Shown here piece after piece: positions 41,718-54,399 of a DNA stretch of 64,000 bases. Where the stretch lies: NCBI GenBank assembly GCA_028023455.1, contig JAQFVV010000001.1:31248001-31312000 (forward strand). The letters run 5' to 3'. Each line of letters begins with the position of its first letter. The first letter of the stretch is position 1. The DNA comes from Epiperipatus broadwayi (taxonomy: Eukaryota; Animalia; Onychophora). The notes below the pieces were generated by a model. It had not been told where the DNA came from and ran no database searches. It saw only the letters and a program-made list of their open reading frames with translations. The translations under genes and the position numbers were made by a program.

Positions 41718-44700
41718 TTTTTTTTATATAAAAGTAAAAAAAAACATATTTTTCCATTCTTCAGTTTTTGTAAATAAACATTTCTGCACAGGACTTATGT
41801 TGCTTTCTAATTTTTATCATTTTTAAGCTAAGTTGCAAACTTTCAGCTGTCCAAGCTGTGCCGAATCTGCAAGATCATGATATTTTAAATTCTAATATTA
41901 TGCTTAAGCCAAAATCCTTACCTGATAGCTTTCATTCTGATACTGAAATACAATATTTTAAATGATTTTGTTGTAAACTCTATTTAATTTACTTTTGTTA
42001 TATTGCTGAATTGAGGAATTGGAAATAATTATTTTTTCACTCAGTATGAATTCATATATAGTCAATGCAAAAACATGAATTAGAGGGGGTTGTTGTATTA
42101 ATAACAGCAGTGGAAATAGAAAATTTTATCACTATATTTGTTTTTATTGTGAAATAGAAAAATACTTATTACATTTATAAAGAGTACTTAAACAATGCAC
42201 CTATTTGTAAATTCAGAAGATAGATATATTTATGCATATTGCTTATAAAGTGATTTGACATGAATTGGATTCATCATAGAAAATCATTTATGAGTGAAGC
42301 ATTATTCTAACAAAATGACTTCATGTTATGAAAATGTGCTTTAATTGTTATAAATGATTTCTGAACAATGTTAACAATATCAGATTAGAACTGTGATGTA
42401 GTTGTTTTTTCTATATATAATATATTAACAGAAATTTAAAATTCTTCTTTAATCTCTGAATATACTTTTTGACTTCATTTTTTCTCTATGTGCATTCTTT
42501 TTTTTTCTTTTTTTTATAGACTCCATGAACTTATAATGATAGTTTCAGTAAGGTAGGATTGTTATTTCATTGTTTTTCAGGTACTTCTGCTATATTATGA
42601 GTAAATTGTTTTAACTTCAATTCTACATATGATAAAATCTAGGGATTAGTGTTGAATTTGTCCATCCTTCATAAACAATAAAAGTATCTGATACATTTTA
42701 TGGCTAAAGTTTTATTTTATTACAGCTACGTTTAGTCTTGTAACATGCTAACATGTCCCAATACTGTAAAATTATTTGAAAAAGTCTGGTTATTTAAAAT
42801 AATAAAAAATATCCTACTTTTATCTTATTTTGAGAAAGAATTTGTAAAAGCATAATTTTTATTACTAGTCTCTGATTCTCAGATAGAGGCTAGATATCTT
42901 TTTGCATGTATAATATGTTTTAAGAATGTTATTTTCATTTAAAAACATTTGATAATATTAGGTTTTATAGGAATATGAGCCCTCTTGATCAGTTCTATAA
43001 GAAGTTGCCTCACAAAAGATAAGTAAAAAGCTTTTAAGTAGATTGCACTTTCCAATAACTCATAATATAATTTCACCATCTAAAACTCATCTTAAATGAT
43101 GATACTCTTTAAAGGTATTCAACCAAAAATCTGTAATGAAGAACTATAGTGTAAAAATAAAATTCTTATGAGTTCCAAACAAATATATTTTTAAATCCAA
43201 CACTAGAAAATATAGCTTTTATTTTTTCAAATGCAATTAACGACTCATAAATAGATTCAGGAAATCCATAACTGTTTCACTTATCTGCTTCATAAATGAA
43301 ATTTAACAGCTACTAATCTATGTAGATGTGGGCAAATACAAATTATGATGACATGGTTAATGATTGTTGAATACATCACTATGGTAGCAGAAATGAAGGT
43401 CTTAATAAAGCCACTAGTGAATTTAAAATTTAGTTGGAATCCCTACAAATTTCTTTGTAATAATTTTAATTCTTTTCTGTAGGTATGTGTGCATGCTTTA
43501 TGAAGTAGGTTTTTTTCCTTCCTTTTATTTATTTAACTGAATGCACTTTTGATGTTTAGCCTATAATCATAGCTTTCTAATTTCATAGCATTGCTGCTTT
43601 AATTGTAATTCACCTTAATTATTCAGATTATGTAATTTTCATTTTAATATACCATGTGTGTGATAAAAAATGCTGTTTTCTCTGTTATTTATCATGTCTT
43701 TGTTGCTAGCTAAAAATCAAGTCTTTTTCACTTTCTTTTCCAGTTGGTATATTCTATGCATGCTAAGTTGACAGATTGCAGATCAAAGCTATGACTGTGT
43801 TCAATTTCATGGTAACAGAATATGAACTTATATTCTGAGCTCATTCTTATTAAAATATTTCTGCTGTGTTATTCTGGTTGCAATGTTCTTCATTTTTTGT
43901 AGTATATAGCTGCACAACCTGGGTCACTGCACTGGATCTCATAAACTATTTTCAGTGTACCTTCTTTTGATAATCTGTCTTATTTATCAGCCTGTTGAAG
44001 CTTTCTGGATTTCAAAATCTTACATTGTATTTTGGCTCACAGATCATTTTTATTTTTATTCACTAGTTTTAGGATATAAGGCATGCTGATCCATGGCTTT
44101 GCATCATCTTGTTGTTTTATATTTTGCCTTTTTTATTGAACTTTTTAATTTCTTTCATCAATATTTCTTTATTGTATTCCAGACTAAATAGATTTTTCAC
44201 ATATTCATCTACACCTATCTTCTTTATATTTACAAAACTGTTGATTTCTATTAAGAAAAAAAAATCTTCTGTTTTATACTATAATTTATTTATTTTTATG
44301 TATGTGTCTGTGCTTCCATTTTGTGCCAGTATTTTGTGTTATCACATAAATTGTATCATCTTTTCATATATCTGGGAAATTTTGGTTTTAATTTTGACTT
44401 AAAAATTATTTTTATTTCTTATATTTTATATATTCAAGACTTATTTTTTTAAATATCTTCATATGGTTTATTTAGATGTTTGGGCTTAAGAATAAAATCT
44501 CAGATTTATTCTTTAATAATTTTATTCTTCAATAATATGATTTTCTTATTGAAATACTATTTTTATCTTTGATTAAGTATGTTTTGCTCCAAATATTTTT
44601 GATTATGGTTTTTTCATTTAATTTAAAAATAAAAAATAAATACAGACACTTTGATTTAATTTTCAACTAGATATTGGTTATGTTGGTCTGACTAGCTGTT

Positions 44701-47445
44701 ATCTTTAGAAATTAAAATATATAAAGAATATTATAAAGTAAATTTGTTCTGAAGTAAATTGTACAATCAAAGAATGGTGATTTAAATTTAAATCATGACA
44801 TTTGATAATAAATCAAAAATATCTATATGTGATTGTTTTTCAATTACAAAATATGTTTATTATTTCTAAAAATGTTAAGTGAAAATAACTGGAAAATTAC
44901 AAACGATGTTGATTGAATATTTTTTTGCTAGATTACAAGATTTATTAAGGGTTTTTTCTGGAATTAAAAAAGTTCCTTTCCAGATCCTGGTCATATTCAA
45001 GACCAAACATATATAATCATTGTGCCATTTTAAAAAAAAGATGGAATACATGATATTTTGTTTTTCCAGTAAGACATGATGACCAAACAATTTGGATCTC
45101 AGGATGAATTACTGACGATTTTTAAAGTAAAAGTAAACATAGGTTTGTCCAAATACAAGATTAGAGCTAACATACTGAATCATTGAAATGTCTGATAAGT
45201 TAGTACATAGCCATTCTTAGTTTAAGGGGAATGTTCAAATGAAAGTTGATGCATTGTAATATGATATAGACATGGTGACCAGCTCTATATATTCATTTCT
45301 GCTAGGTCCAGGATTTACCATTATATTTTACTATTTTGTTGAATAAAATATATATAGTTATAAATAATATACACACAACACTAAGATTATATAATTCAAT
45401 TGAACCTATTTAAAAATGTTCTTATTATTTGAATTTTCTTATTATTCATACTTTTTTTCTCCCCGCAAACATAAAAAATAATGACAATTCACATTTATAT
45501 TCTGATATTAATAATGAATACATTTACATATTTTAATAAACATTTATAATTAAAAACTTAGAAAAAAAAGTAATCAATGCATCTCAACTATCAGTTAATT
45601 TAGAAATGTTATATTGCAAATCATTTTCTCATTTAAGAGGTTATTTACATATTTATAAATTATTCTGAATACTTTTCATTAGAAATGCTTCTGCATATTT
45701 AACTAAGTAAAATTTTAATTTGAAAAAACTTTGCTTTTTATTTTAAATAATTTTTGTATTATAATTTTTATTTTATTTGAAATAATTGCAATTTTATCAA
45801 GCACAATTTTCACCTCTGACCTTTAATACCGACTCAGCTGATTTATTGTTTAAATACAGTATCTACTCAATCAGTCCGTCAAATTTGTTTTGAGATCTTC
45901 ACTTCTTTTTTTACAATTTTACTAGAATTAGTTGGTACTGCATTCAGAAAGTAATCTTTTGTTATCAGCTATTGAGATTTTATTGGATAGTTGATTTAAT
46001 AATTTTTATCAAATCAAAAAAAGAAAGAAAGAGAGAGAAAAGAATTGATCAGCGAATGTAATGTTAGTTGATTTGAAACGATTTTTTTATATTTTATTTT
46101 AAATATATATATGATTAAATATTAAAAATTAACATCTTAAGTTAATAGAATAAGTAAAATAATTTTGTATAAAGTATTTGCTGAAGATGAAAGATACAAA
46201 TTAATCATTATAAAAAAAAAAATCATTATTAGTTAATTAAAGAAGGGTACATGTAAATTCTCCTGTTTTGAGTATTCTTTTATTTGTGATTTATTATTTT
46301 TAAGATTTGATGACTTGCTTATGTTGAACTCAATACGAAAAGGTACTTAAATTTACTGAGCATAGCAAAATGAAATACCTTGCAACATCTGATCTAGCTA
46401 TTTACAAAGTAACATTTTTTAAACATTACATAGTATTTGTGTCAAAAAAAATATCTTAAATTATTTCACTCATTAGCAATCAATTATAAAAAGTTTTGAC
46501 AATACTAATTCCAGAAAGAAAGGGAAATAAATTCAAAGTATCGTTTATGGTGCCTATAACCCATGAAATACATATTTCAATCTGTCCCTTTAGTTTGATT
46601 GTATAACATTTTGAAATGATGACTTTTACTGTCTTCTGTAGCAAACTTTTTACTTTTTTTAAAATTATAATTTATTACTGTATTTTATCCTTAACCATAT
46701 TTCTCTAATGAAACCAATAGTATGACTATATATAACATTTTAAAAAAAATCTTTATATTATAAATGTAATTTGCTAATAAAGTAAGGAAAGTAAACTTTA
46801 AATAAATGTAACATTTTTTTTTCTATAATAATACAAGGACTCACAAATCTCCCTCCCTCCAAAAAAAAAAAGAGCTAGAAAAAACTATTCTAAAAATGAT
46901 TTTTGCAGTGCTAATATAACCCAATCTATGAAACACAAATACTTCCCTTCCACATATAGAACATGCTGGACCAATTTTTTGTGTCCTTGTTAATTTATAA
47001 TGTTATCTTTTAGTTTCCTCGGGAGAAAACTTTTCTTCCTAACACACTTCAACAATATGTCTAATTATAGTTCTCCAATACAATAGCATTTTATACATAA
47101 GCATGGAACTGGCATATTGCAAATGTGTGAATATGTAAGTGTGGCTTATTTTTAGTAATACATGTAATTATGGACAGATGAAATTGGAAAGTGTATAATC
47201 ATAAATGTAATAGAGTTTATGTTTCTAAAGACATAAACAATCATTCAATATGTAATTTTGTACCATATTGCTAAGGCAGATGTTGCACAATACATTTTGT
47301 TTTACTTTTAAAAGCAATCTTTAGCAAACAATTAAGAAAATATATAAATTTTCCTTAATTAATAGATAATGTAACCAAAGTCATTACTAGCTTTTTTGGT
47401 GCCCTGCAGCAGACAGCAAAATCATTTCCTTTTATATAAGTTTAA

Positions 47446-47469
47446 ATATATATATATATATATATATAT

Positions 47470-47504
<35 letters not shown>
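47446..47504. repeat. Interrupted (TA)n microsatellite
   Basis: Direct reading. Confidence 0.95.
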
Positions 47505-47507
<3 letters not shown>

Positions 47508-47635
47508 TTAATATTTCATCAACTATTTTATTGATATATAATTATTAACCAATTAATAGTAGCAAACTCTCCATATAGAAATGCTACCCATGCTCAAGCT
47601 TTAGTATTAATATTTAAGTTTTAGTAATCAATGAA

Positions 47636-47783
47636 TTTTTTTTTTTTGGTTTTTTTTTTTTTTGTCTACCCCCCCCCTCCCCCCCCGGGGAAAACAAACC
47701 GGGGTGGGGGGGGGGGGAATTTTTGTTTAATGGGGGGGACCCCTTTTTAAATTAAGGGGAGGGGGTGATTTTTTTTTTTTTTA
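47636..47783. other. Homopolymer-saturated segment, probably low-quality consensus sequence
   Basis: Consecutive T, C, G and A runs unlike anything in the flanks. It follows a family B terminal fragment (agcaaactctccatatag, ~47560). Confidence 0.6.
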
Positions 47784-47814
47784 ATGTAGGAATATCTATT
47801 GGTACTGATTTAGA

Positions 47815-49925
47815 GTGCACTCATAGCCATTTTGAATTCTAAGACTACCCAAAACTACAACTGACACATCCAAGTGATAAATGACATTGAATAATCCACA
47901 CATGATCACAGTATAATTGCAATTTATATTAATAATTAAAAAATTAAAATGAAAAATTTCATATAACTATGCTTGATCAAATCATATGATTAAAATATAC
48001 AAAATATAAAAATGGAAAACACAAATAAATTTTAAAATATGAGAAGCGTATAATTTCTAAAATACAAATTTAAAATACTTAAACAGAAAAAGTAAAGAAA
48101 AAAATAATGAACATATAAAAAGCACATGTTTACTAAACATAAAATTGTCAAACCAAGCTTATAATTTTGAAATACTAAAACCATATAATTCCTAAAATAT
48201 AAATTTTATTCAAATATAGGCCTATAACCATATGTTGAAATAGTGTAAATGTTGAATAAATATAGAAACAACTGCCAAAGCATAATAATTCTACAATTAT
48301 TAATAAATCACATTTTATCTTAACATTAGTCAAAATAATAATTGTCTAAAGTAAAGAATATTAATTTTGCAATTAATAAAAAATTAATAAGCCAGATTTT
48401 TATCTTACCAAAATGGATATTGGTGTATGCATAATTTCTTACATATCATTATGAAGAAAAAGATGATGATAAAAATTTAGCATTATACACATGTGATCAT
48501 TTGATTTGAAAAGGTCTATAAAAGACAAATTTTGCTCCAAAAACTTAGAAGTAAAAGCACATTTTGTAACCAAATTTCTTCTTAGTAACACTTTGATATT
48601 AATAGATAGAAAATAATGTGAATAGATATATAGATTTGTATCAATTTTAAAAGCCTGTAAGGACCTCACATGATCAATTGTAGGTCCAATATCCATGTCA
48701 GGAGATCAAATGTAAACAATGTTATTTTTTTTCTATCTCTATTCTTTTTAGCTACATGTAACAAAAGAAGCATATAACATCAGTTTCTTTCTGGTAAGAC
48801 AAATTCTGATTAATTGTAAAATTAATATGCTTTATTTCACATGATTATGGGCATATATTGTAATAAAATTCATATTTTAGAACTTATAAGTTTTTAATTT
48901 TTCAAAATTATAAGTTTGGTATGACCAATTTTATGTTATTTCAACATGTGCTTATGGTCATACATTGTAATAAAATTTTTATTTTAGAACTTATAAGATC
49001 TCTCAGCCCCATGTAGCTATTTCAGTTAGATAGCTGGGTTTGAAGAAATTTAGGTGTCTGAAAACTTCATATTTTCTACTCAATAGTCAACTCTTAGATA
49101 AATGCTGGCTTTGGGTTGGTGTTTTTAGATCTAGATCTGAAGCTATCCTAGTGCCTCTCTGAGGAGTGCCAAAATCATGAAACCATTGATCAGGGGATGG
49201 GGGATGGTTTTTAGATAGAGATATTTTAAATGCTTTTTCTTGCTAAGCATTTATCTCAAAGCTTGTTGAGCAATTAGCAAAGCTCTTTGTTTAAAAGCTT
49301 TTAGTTTTTCAAAATTATAAGCATGATATTATCAATTTTACATTATTTCATGGCATATATTATAATAAAATTTGTATTTATAAAGTTCTAAGCTTTTAAT
49401 ATTTTGAAATTATAAACTTGATATGATCAATTTTATTTTATTTCAATATGTGCTTAGAAGGATATATTGTAATAAAATTCATATTTTAGAAGTTATAATC
49501 TTTTAGAATTTTGAAATTATAAGATTGATTTGATCAATTTTAGTATTTACACTGCACTCACCATGATTTTGTGTAATATCCATATTTTAGAAGTTATAAA
49601 CTTTTAGTATTTTGAAATTATAAGTTTGATTTGATCAGACTTTTGCATTTTTTGGATGATACTTTGTATCACCAAAAACATTCTTCCTTCTCCCCACATA
49701 CTTCATCACTTTGCACTGTAATTATTGTAATAAAATTTAAATTTTAGAAATTATAAGCTTTTAGTATTTAGACTGTGCTCATTAACATTTTGAATTATAA
49801 GCACAACCCAAAAACACCACTGATACATCCAAGCAACCATATGTGGATTATTTGATGTCATTTATTACTTGGATGTGCCAGAGGTGGTTTTGGGCAATCC
49901 TTAGAATTCAAAATGGTGGTAAACA
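47815..49925. mobile_element. Foldback-type element: terminal inverted repeats plus a ~110-bp tandem unit in opposite orientation in each arm
   Basis: 47826-47905 (gccattttgaattctaag...cccaaaac...cacatccaagt.ataaatgacat) is the reverse complement of 49838-49920. The unit attgtaataaaattcatattttagaacttataag repeats at ~48857, 48963, 49466, 49575 and 49724, and occurs reversed at ~48140-48240. Confidence 0.72.
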
Positions 49926-49977
49926 CACTCTCCATCTGTTCTTAAATTCCACATCTAGTGTTTGCTCATCCAATGTT

Positions 49978-50015
49978 TCCAGAGTAGTTTTTAGGTTGTG
50001 GTTTTCATCAGTGAG
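49978..50015 (-). ncRNA. Minimal HHR motif, family B (degenerate)
   Basis: CTCA CTGATGA AAAC CACAA CCT AAAAA CTAC TC TGGA. Confidence 0.52.
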
Positions 50016-50148
50016 GAGCTTTAAGATGAGAGAGTAATAAATGCAATCATCCAGCAGCCACCTAGTTAACTAAATAGGTAAAAGGTGGCTTCTGGAAGTT
50101 TGCATTAGATTTTTAGATGTAGGTAGAGTGCTTTCTAATCTAAAGCTC

Positions 50149-50186
50149 ATCACTGATGAAAGCCACAAGCTAGATACCATTCTAGG
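50149..50186 (+). ncRNA. Minimal HHR motif, family B (degenerate)
   Basis: ATCA CTGATGA AAGC CACAA GCT A GATA CCAT TC TAGG. Confidence 0.55.
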
Positions 50187-52904
50187 GATATTGGATGAGT
50201 AGGCATTAGTTGGGGATTTTATGAACAAATTTTCCTGCATCCTTGATTACTAAGGTTTGCTCTGCTTGGCCTTACTGTTGCTACTGCTAATAACAGCTTG
50301 TGTAAGCATAGGAAAATGTAATCATGTGATGTGGCAAACAAATTAATTTTTTACATGCTAATAGCACTCTTTTACTGGATATGATTATAAGAAAAAAAAT
50401 CACAAAATATTACAAAAAATATTTTTTTTTTTGCTTTCATTGTCATACAAGTCTTACTTCATCAAAATTATTTTTTTATAAGGTTGCTTTCTATTGATAA
50501 AATTGCAAAACTAGAAAATCAACCTTGGCAATTGATAATCATAAATAATGTTTAATAATTTTCAGTTGCTAAATGAATTTTCTCTAGTTGCAATGAGTAG
50601 AGGTAATGTCAAAAATATTTTGCAACATATTTCTGTATTAAGAAATAAAATACTCATATTTAATTTATAAGGAGCATCTAAAATTTCTAACATAGATGAA
50701 GAGCAATGTTTTTAATGCTTATCCAATTAAAAAAAACTCAAAATCTTGATTTATTTCTAATAATTTTTATTTCCAATTTAGCTGAGTAATAATAGAATCC
50801 AAAACTTTGTAGTATTCAATGCAAAATTTTTTATAGTTATCAAGTGATTCTTTATCATCAATTGCAATTTCATCACTTTTTTTTACATTTTTAACATCTT
50901 TTCATTTTACATTCTTCATAAATATGCAGAGATTTACATATATAGTTCTCTATTTTTTAAATTTTGTATTACTTTTGTTTTAATTCAAAATCAACTGATG
51001 TAGTGGGTTGTTGCAAATTAAGTTTGCTCAATTAAAAATACTTAATATATATATATATTGAAGCAGTCAATCTTAGCTTAAGATTGTGCTTCATGTTTCT
51101 ACCTACTAACCCGTATTCAAACCCCTATATCCCATCCCGCTCCTTTTGTCGTATATATATTTTTAATGTATATATTTGGAATGTGCACCTAAATTTATAG
51201 TTTAACTTTCAATATTTATGATTATTAATTCTATTATTAATTATTAGTTCTTTTTTATTAAAGTATTATAGGTGTGTTTCAAATATATATATATAGGAGC
51301 AAAATTACTAACAAAAGATTGATTTTTTTGTAAATATTTTATTATACGTCATTTTTTAAACTTTTTCTTTTTAAAGTACTTTTTCTATTAAACTGTATAT
51401 TTTTATGGAATCCAATATGGAAGATGCTGCAGTAATTGTCTAAAAATAATTAAGGGTTGGAAGCACTATTGTTTTAATCTGGGGTAGGTATTTTTAATTA
51501 AAGTTTTACTTAAAAGGGGATTAAGATTAGAGATACTTTTGTTAAAAATATGTTGTCAAATCTATTTCTAATCTAGAAATAGATTTGAATCTATTTTTGA
51601 ATGTTATCTTACTGTTGCATCTTCAAAAACAACCGATAAAGAAAAAGTATAAAATGACTGAATTTTGAGTCACAGATGAGATGAGCTACTATTAAGAGAA
51701 CTGATTGTTAAGATATTACACGTCGCCTGAAACTTAAAATGATGTAGTCGTAAATCCACCTTCCTGCTGTCCTGGGTGGGTCATTTTTCCTGCTAATATA
51801 CCATCTAACTGCTGCCTTGAAAGAAAGTAAAAGCCTAAAGAAGGAACTTTAGAATTCTAATATAAGCTTGTTGCCACTGAAGAACTTTTTTCAATTGCCA
51901 TGCATGTGCACTACTAAATCGGACTCTTAAAATTGCAAGGTAACTTTTCAAGCTGTCACTTCAAACTAAATTTAGCCTAACTCATCTATGAAGATTTCTT
52001 CTAATGTGTTATTTAACTTTACCTTTTTTTATATATTTAAATATGTAAATGTATAATTTGCTCTTAAATGATTTTCATAAATTTAATCCTATATCATATG
52101 CTCTAACTTTCTTTAACTTTGGTGCGGTTAATTATTTATAGTTATTTATTACTTGATTTTATATGTATACTCGTATTATTATTAAATTGCCAATCTCACA
52201 AACTGGTGAACTTAATTTCTAAAAATCTTTTCTGTCATTTTTTAAACTAAACCTTCATGAAAAGGTTATAATGCATTATAAATTAATACGTTTGCCAGAT
52301 TGTTTTTACAAATCAACATTTTAGGTTCGTTTTTAATATAAAAATATATATTTGTTTAATTCTGGATTTTCTACCCGGGAAAATCCAGAACTCAAGCTAA
52401 TTAACACTTTGAAACCTTTATTTTATAATTATTTATTAAATTCTGAAAGGGTGACTTATAATTTCTTTTCTATATAACTGCTAATCTTACTTCATTTTTC
52501 ATACTCTTAAATATCAAATACAGTATTTAAATATTCTAGTTATTATAAAAATCATAAAGGTGGGATTGAATTATTTTAAATATCAGAAAAGGGATGGGGG
52601 TAAATCTTAATGTTTTTTTTTATTAAATAAAATCTTCATGTATATTTTATTAAACCAAATCTTCTCTCTCTATATATATATATATATTATAGTAGCATAG
52701 CGCATTATTTGTCTAAATTATAGTATTCAACAAGGGTCATTTATTTTAAAGCAGTAAAATTTATTCAATGTTGTTAGCGACATGTATCATTACTGCATTT
52801 CTGACATTTAGCATATCTTCGTATATATATATATTTCGTGCTTCTAGTCTTTTAATCTGGGGGTTACGACAAGATCGAACCCATAAATTTCTCGTTATTT
52901 ATTC

Positions 52905-53092
52905 CATATAAAATGCCTCTGGTGGTGATCCCGTAAGTTTGGCACATGCTATGCCTATCACTTCTTCATATAAAAAGGCCCCTGGTGGTGACCCCTAAGT
53001 CTGGCACATGCTATGCCCATCCATTTCTTCATATAAAAAGGTCTCTGGCAGTGATCCCTAAGTATGGCACATGCTATGCCCATCCACTTCAT
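52905..53092 (+). repeat. Three tandem 62-63 bp GC-enriched units
   Basis: Unit catataaaaaggc.cctggtggtga.ccctaagt.tggcacatgctatgcccatcca.ttctt starts at 52905, 52967 and 53030. Confidence 0.95.
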
Positions 53093-54399
53093 CTTTCATC
53101 CAGAAGCATGACTTTTCCTATTATTTATTGGTTATAATGTCAGCACCGCAAACTTCTCGTATATTTATTTCTTTTGCTTCATGACCCAGTTTTAATGCTC
53201 TAATATTAAAATTACGCTTTGTTTAAAATATATATATATATATAAATGCCGATTACTTCTATTTTATTAATTAAGTTTACTTCAATCATATACACTCCCA
53301 CTGTCATAATTTATATATCTATATTTAAGAGTATCTATATGCCTTGGGGAAAATAAAGCGTTCCTCTTACTATCATTAAAATAATTTTTCATTAAATATT
53401 TTGTCATCTAATCAAATGTCATTTTCAAATATGTTTTTCAAATGTATCTTATTTATTTTCACAACCTCAATGGCATGAAAATAGTTTATATCATATGTTT
53501 AATGAATTTCGGAATGCTCCTAGAAAAATATATGTTAGTCAACATAACCCAAAGCGTTAATAGCAATTTTATGTAACTTCTTTTTAATAACTGATTGGCA
53601 TTTTAATATTGGACTCACCAAAGATGTGTGCTTATTTATAATATATTTTTTTAGCTAATAAAGAGCATGTGAGAAATAATAGCATGAATGACACTATGTA
53701 ATCCTCTATCGCTTGGTAGACCGCTTGCTCATTCACGCACACACTAATGTATATAATTAATTTATAAATGTATAATAATTTGTCAATATATTAAACTATA
53801 TTTTATTGTCTAACTTATTTGAGTAGTTCGAATTCCTTTTTCTCCACTTCCACATATTACAGCCATGCTTATGTATATTTTAATATAGTCATAGTTAATA
53901 GATGTCTCATTGTTTTGCTCAGCTTTGCTAGTCGGCCGGATTAAGATTAATTCTCATGTGCCATCACTATTATGTTATTCATTAGGTGTTAGATCTGGGG
54001 CTTAGAGAGTGGGTTTAAATCCAGGTTGGTCCCTGACCTAAATCTTGGGCTTGACTGGGTTTGAAGTACATTTTGTGAGTTCCAGCTCATGTTAGATGGA
54101 TAAACATGTTTTGACCGGTAACAATATATATATATATATCTCATTCTATAAATTTAAATAATACAAATTCCAAAATAATTCTTGTTAATTTAATTTTTAT
54201 CTCATCTTTTTTATGAGATAATATATTTAACATTTTCATAATACCATTTGATTATGTAATCATCACCTTTATTATATTATATTTAGTTTCCCATCAATAT
54301 TTTGCAACAATAATTCTCAAAAGTAAAGATACTTAAAAAAAGAATTGTAAATAATATTTACAGTGAAAAAACGATTTTGCATTTATTGATATTTTAGAA

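Larger units (their letters stand above)
49960..50335. mobile_element. Family B foldback with two outward-pointing HHR motifs
   Basis: HHRs at 49978-50015 (-) and 50149-50186 (+). The spacer shares tagttaactaaataggtaaaaggt with the 39.4 kb copy. Confidence 0.78.

Noticed and set aside
42520-42547. Micro-exon after a strong polypyrimidine acceptor (LHELIMIVS)
   Set aside because: Gives a stop when joined to the nearest candidate donor; no other support.
44875-45090. LFGHHVL as an RTE C-terminal FGH motif
   Set aside because: A single short motif; the expected downstream RGR motif is absent.
52905-53092. CRISPR-like array
   Set aside because: Units are contiguous with no unique spacers, there are no cas genes and the context is eukaryotic.
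53928-53946. gtcggccggattaag as the hAT terminal inverted repeat
   Set aside because: No complementary end found on the other side of the transposase remnant.
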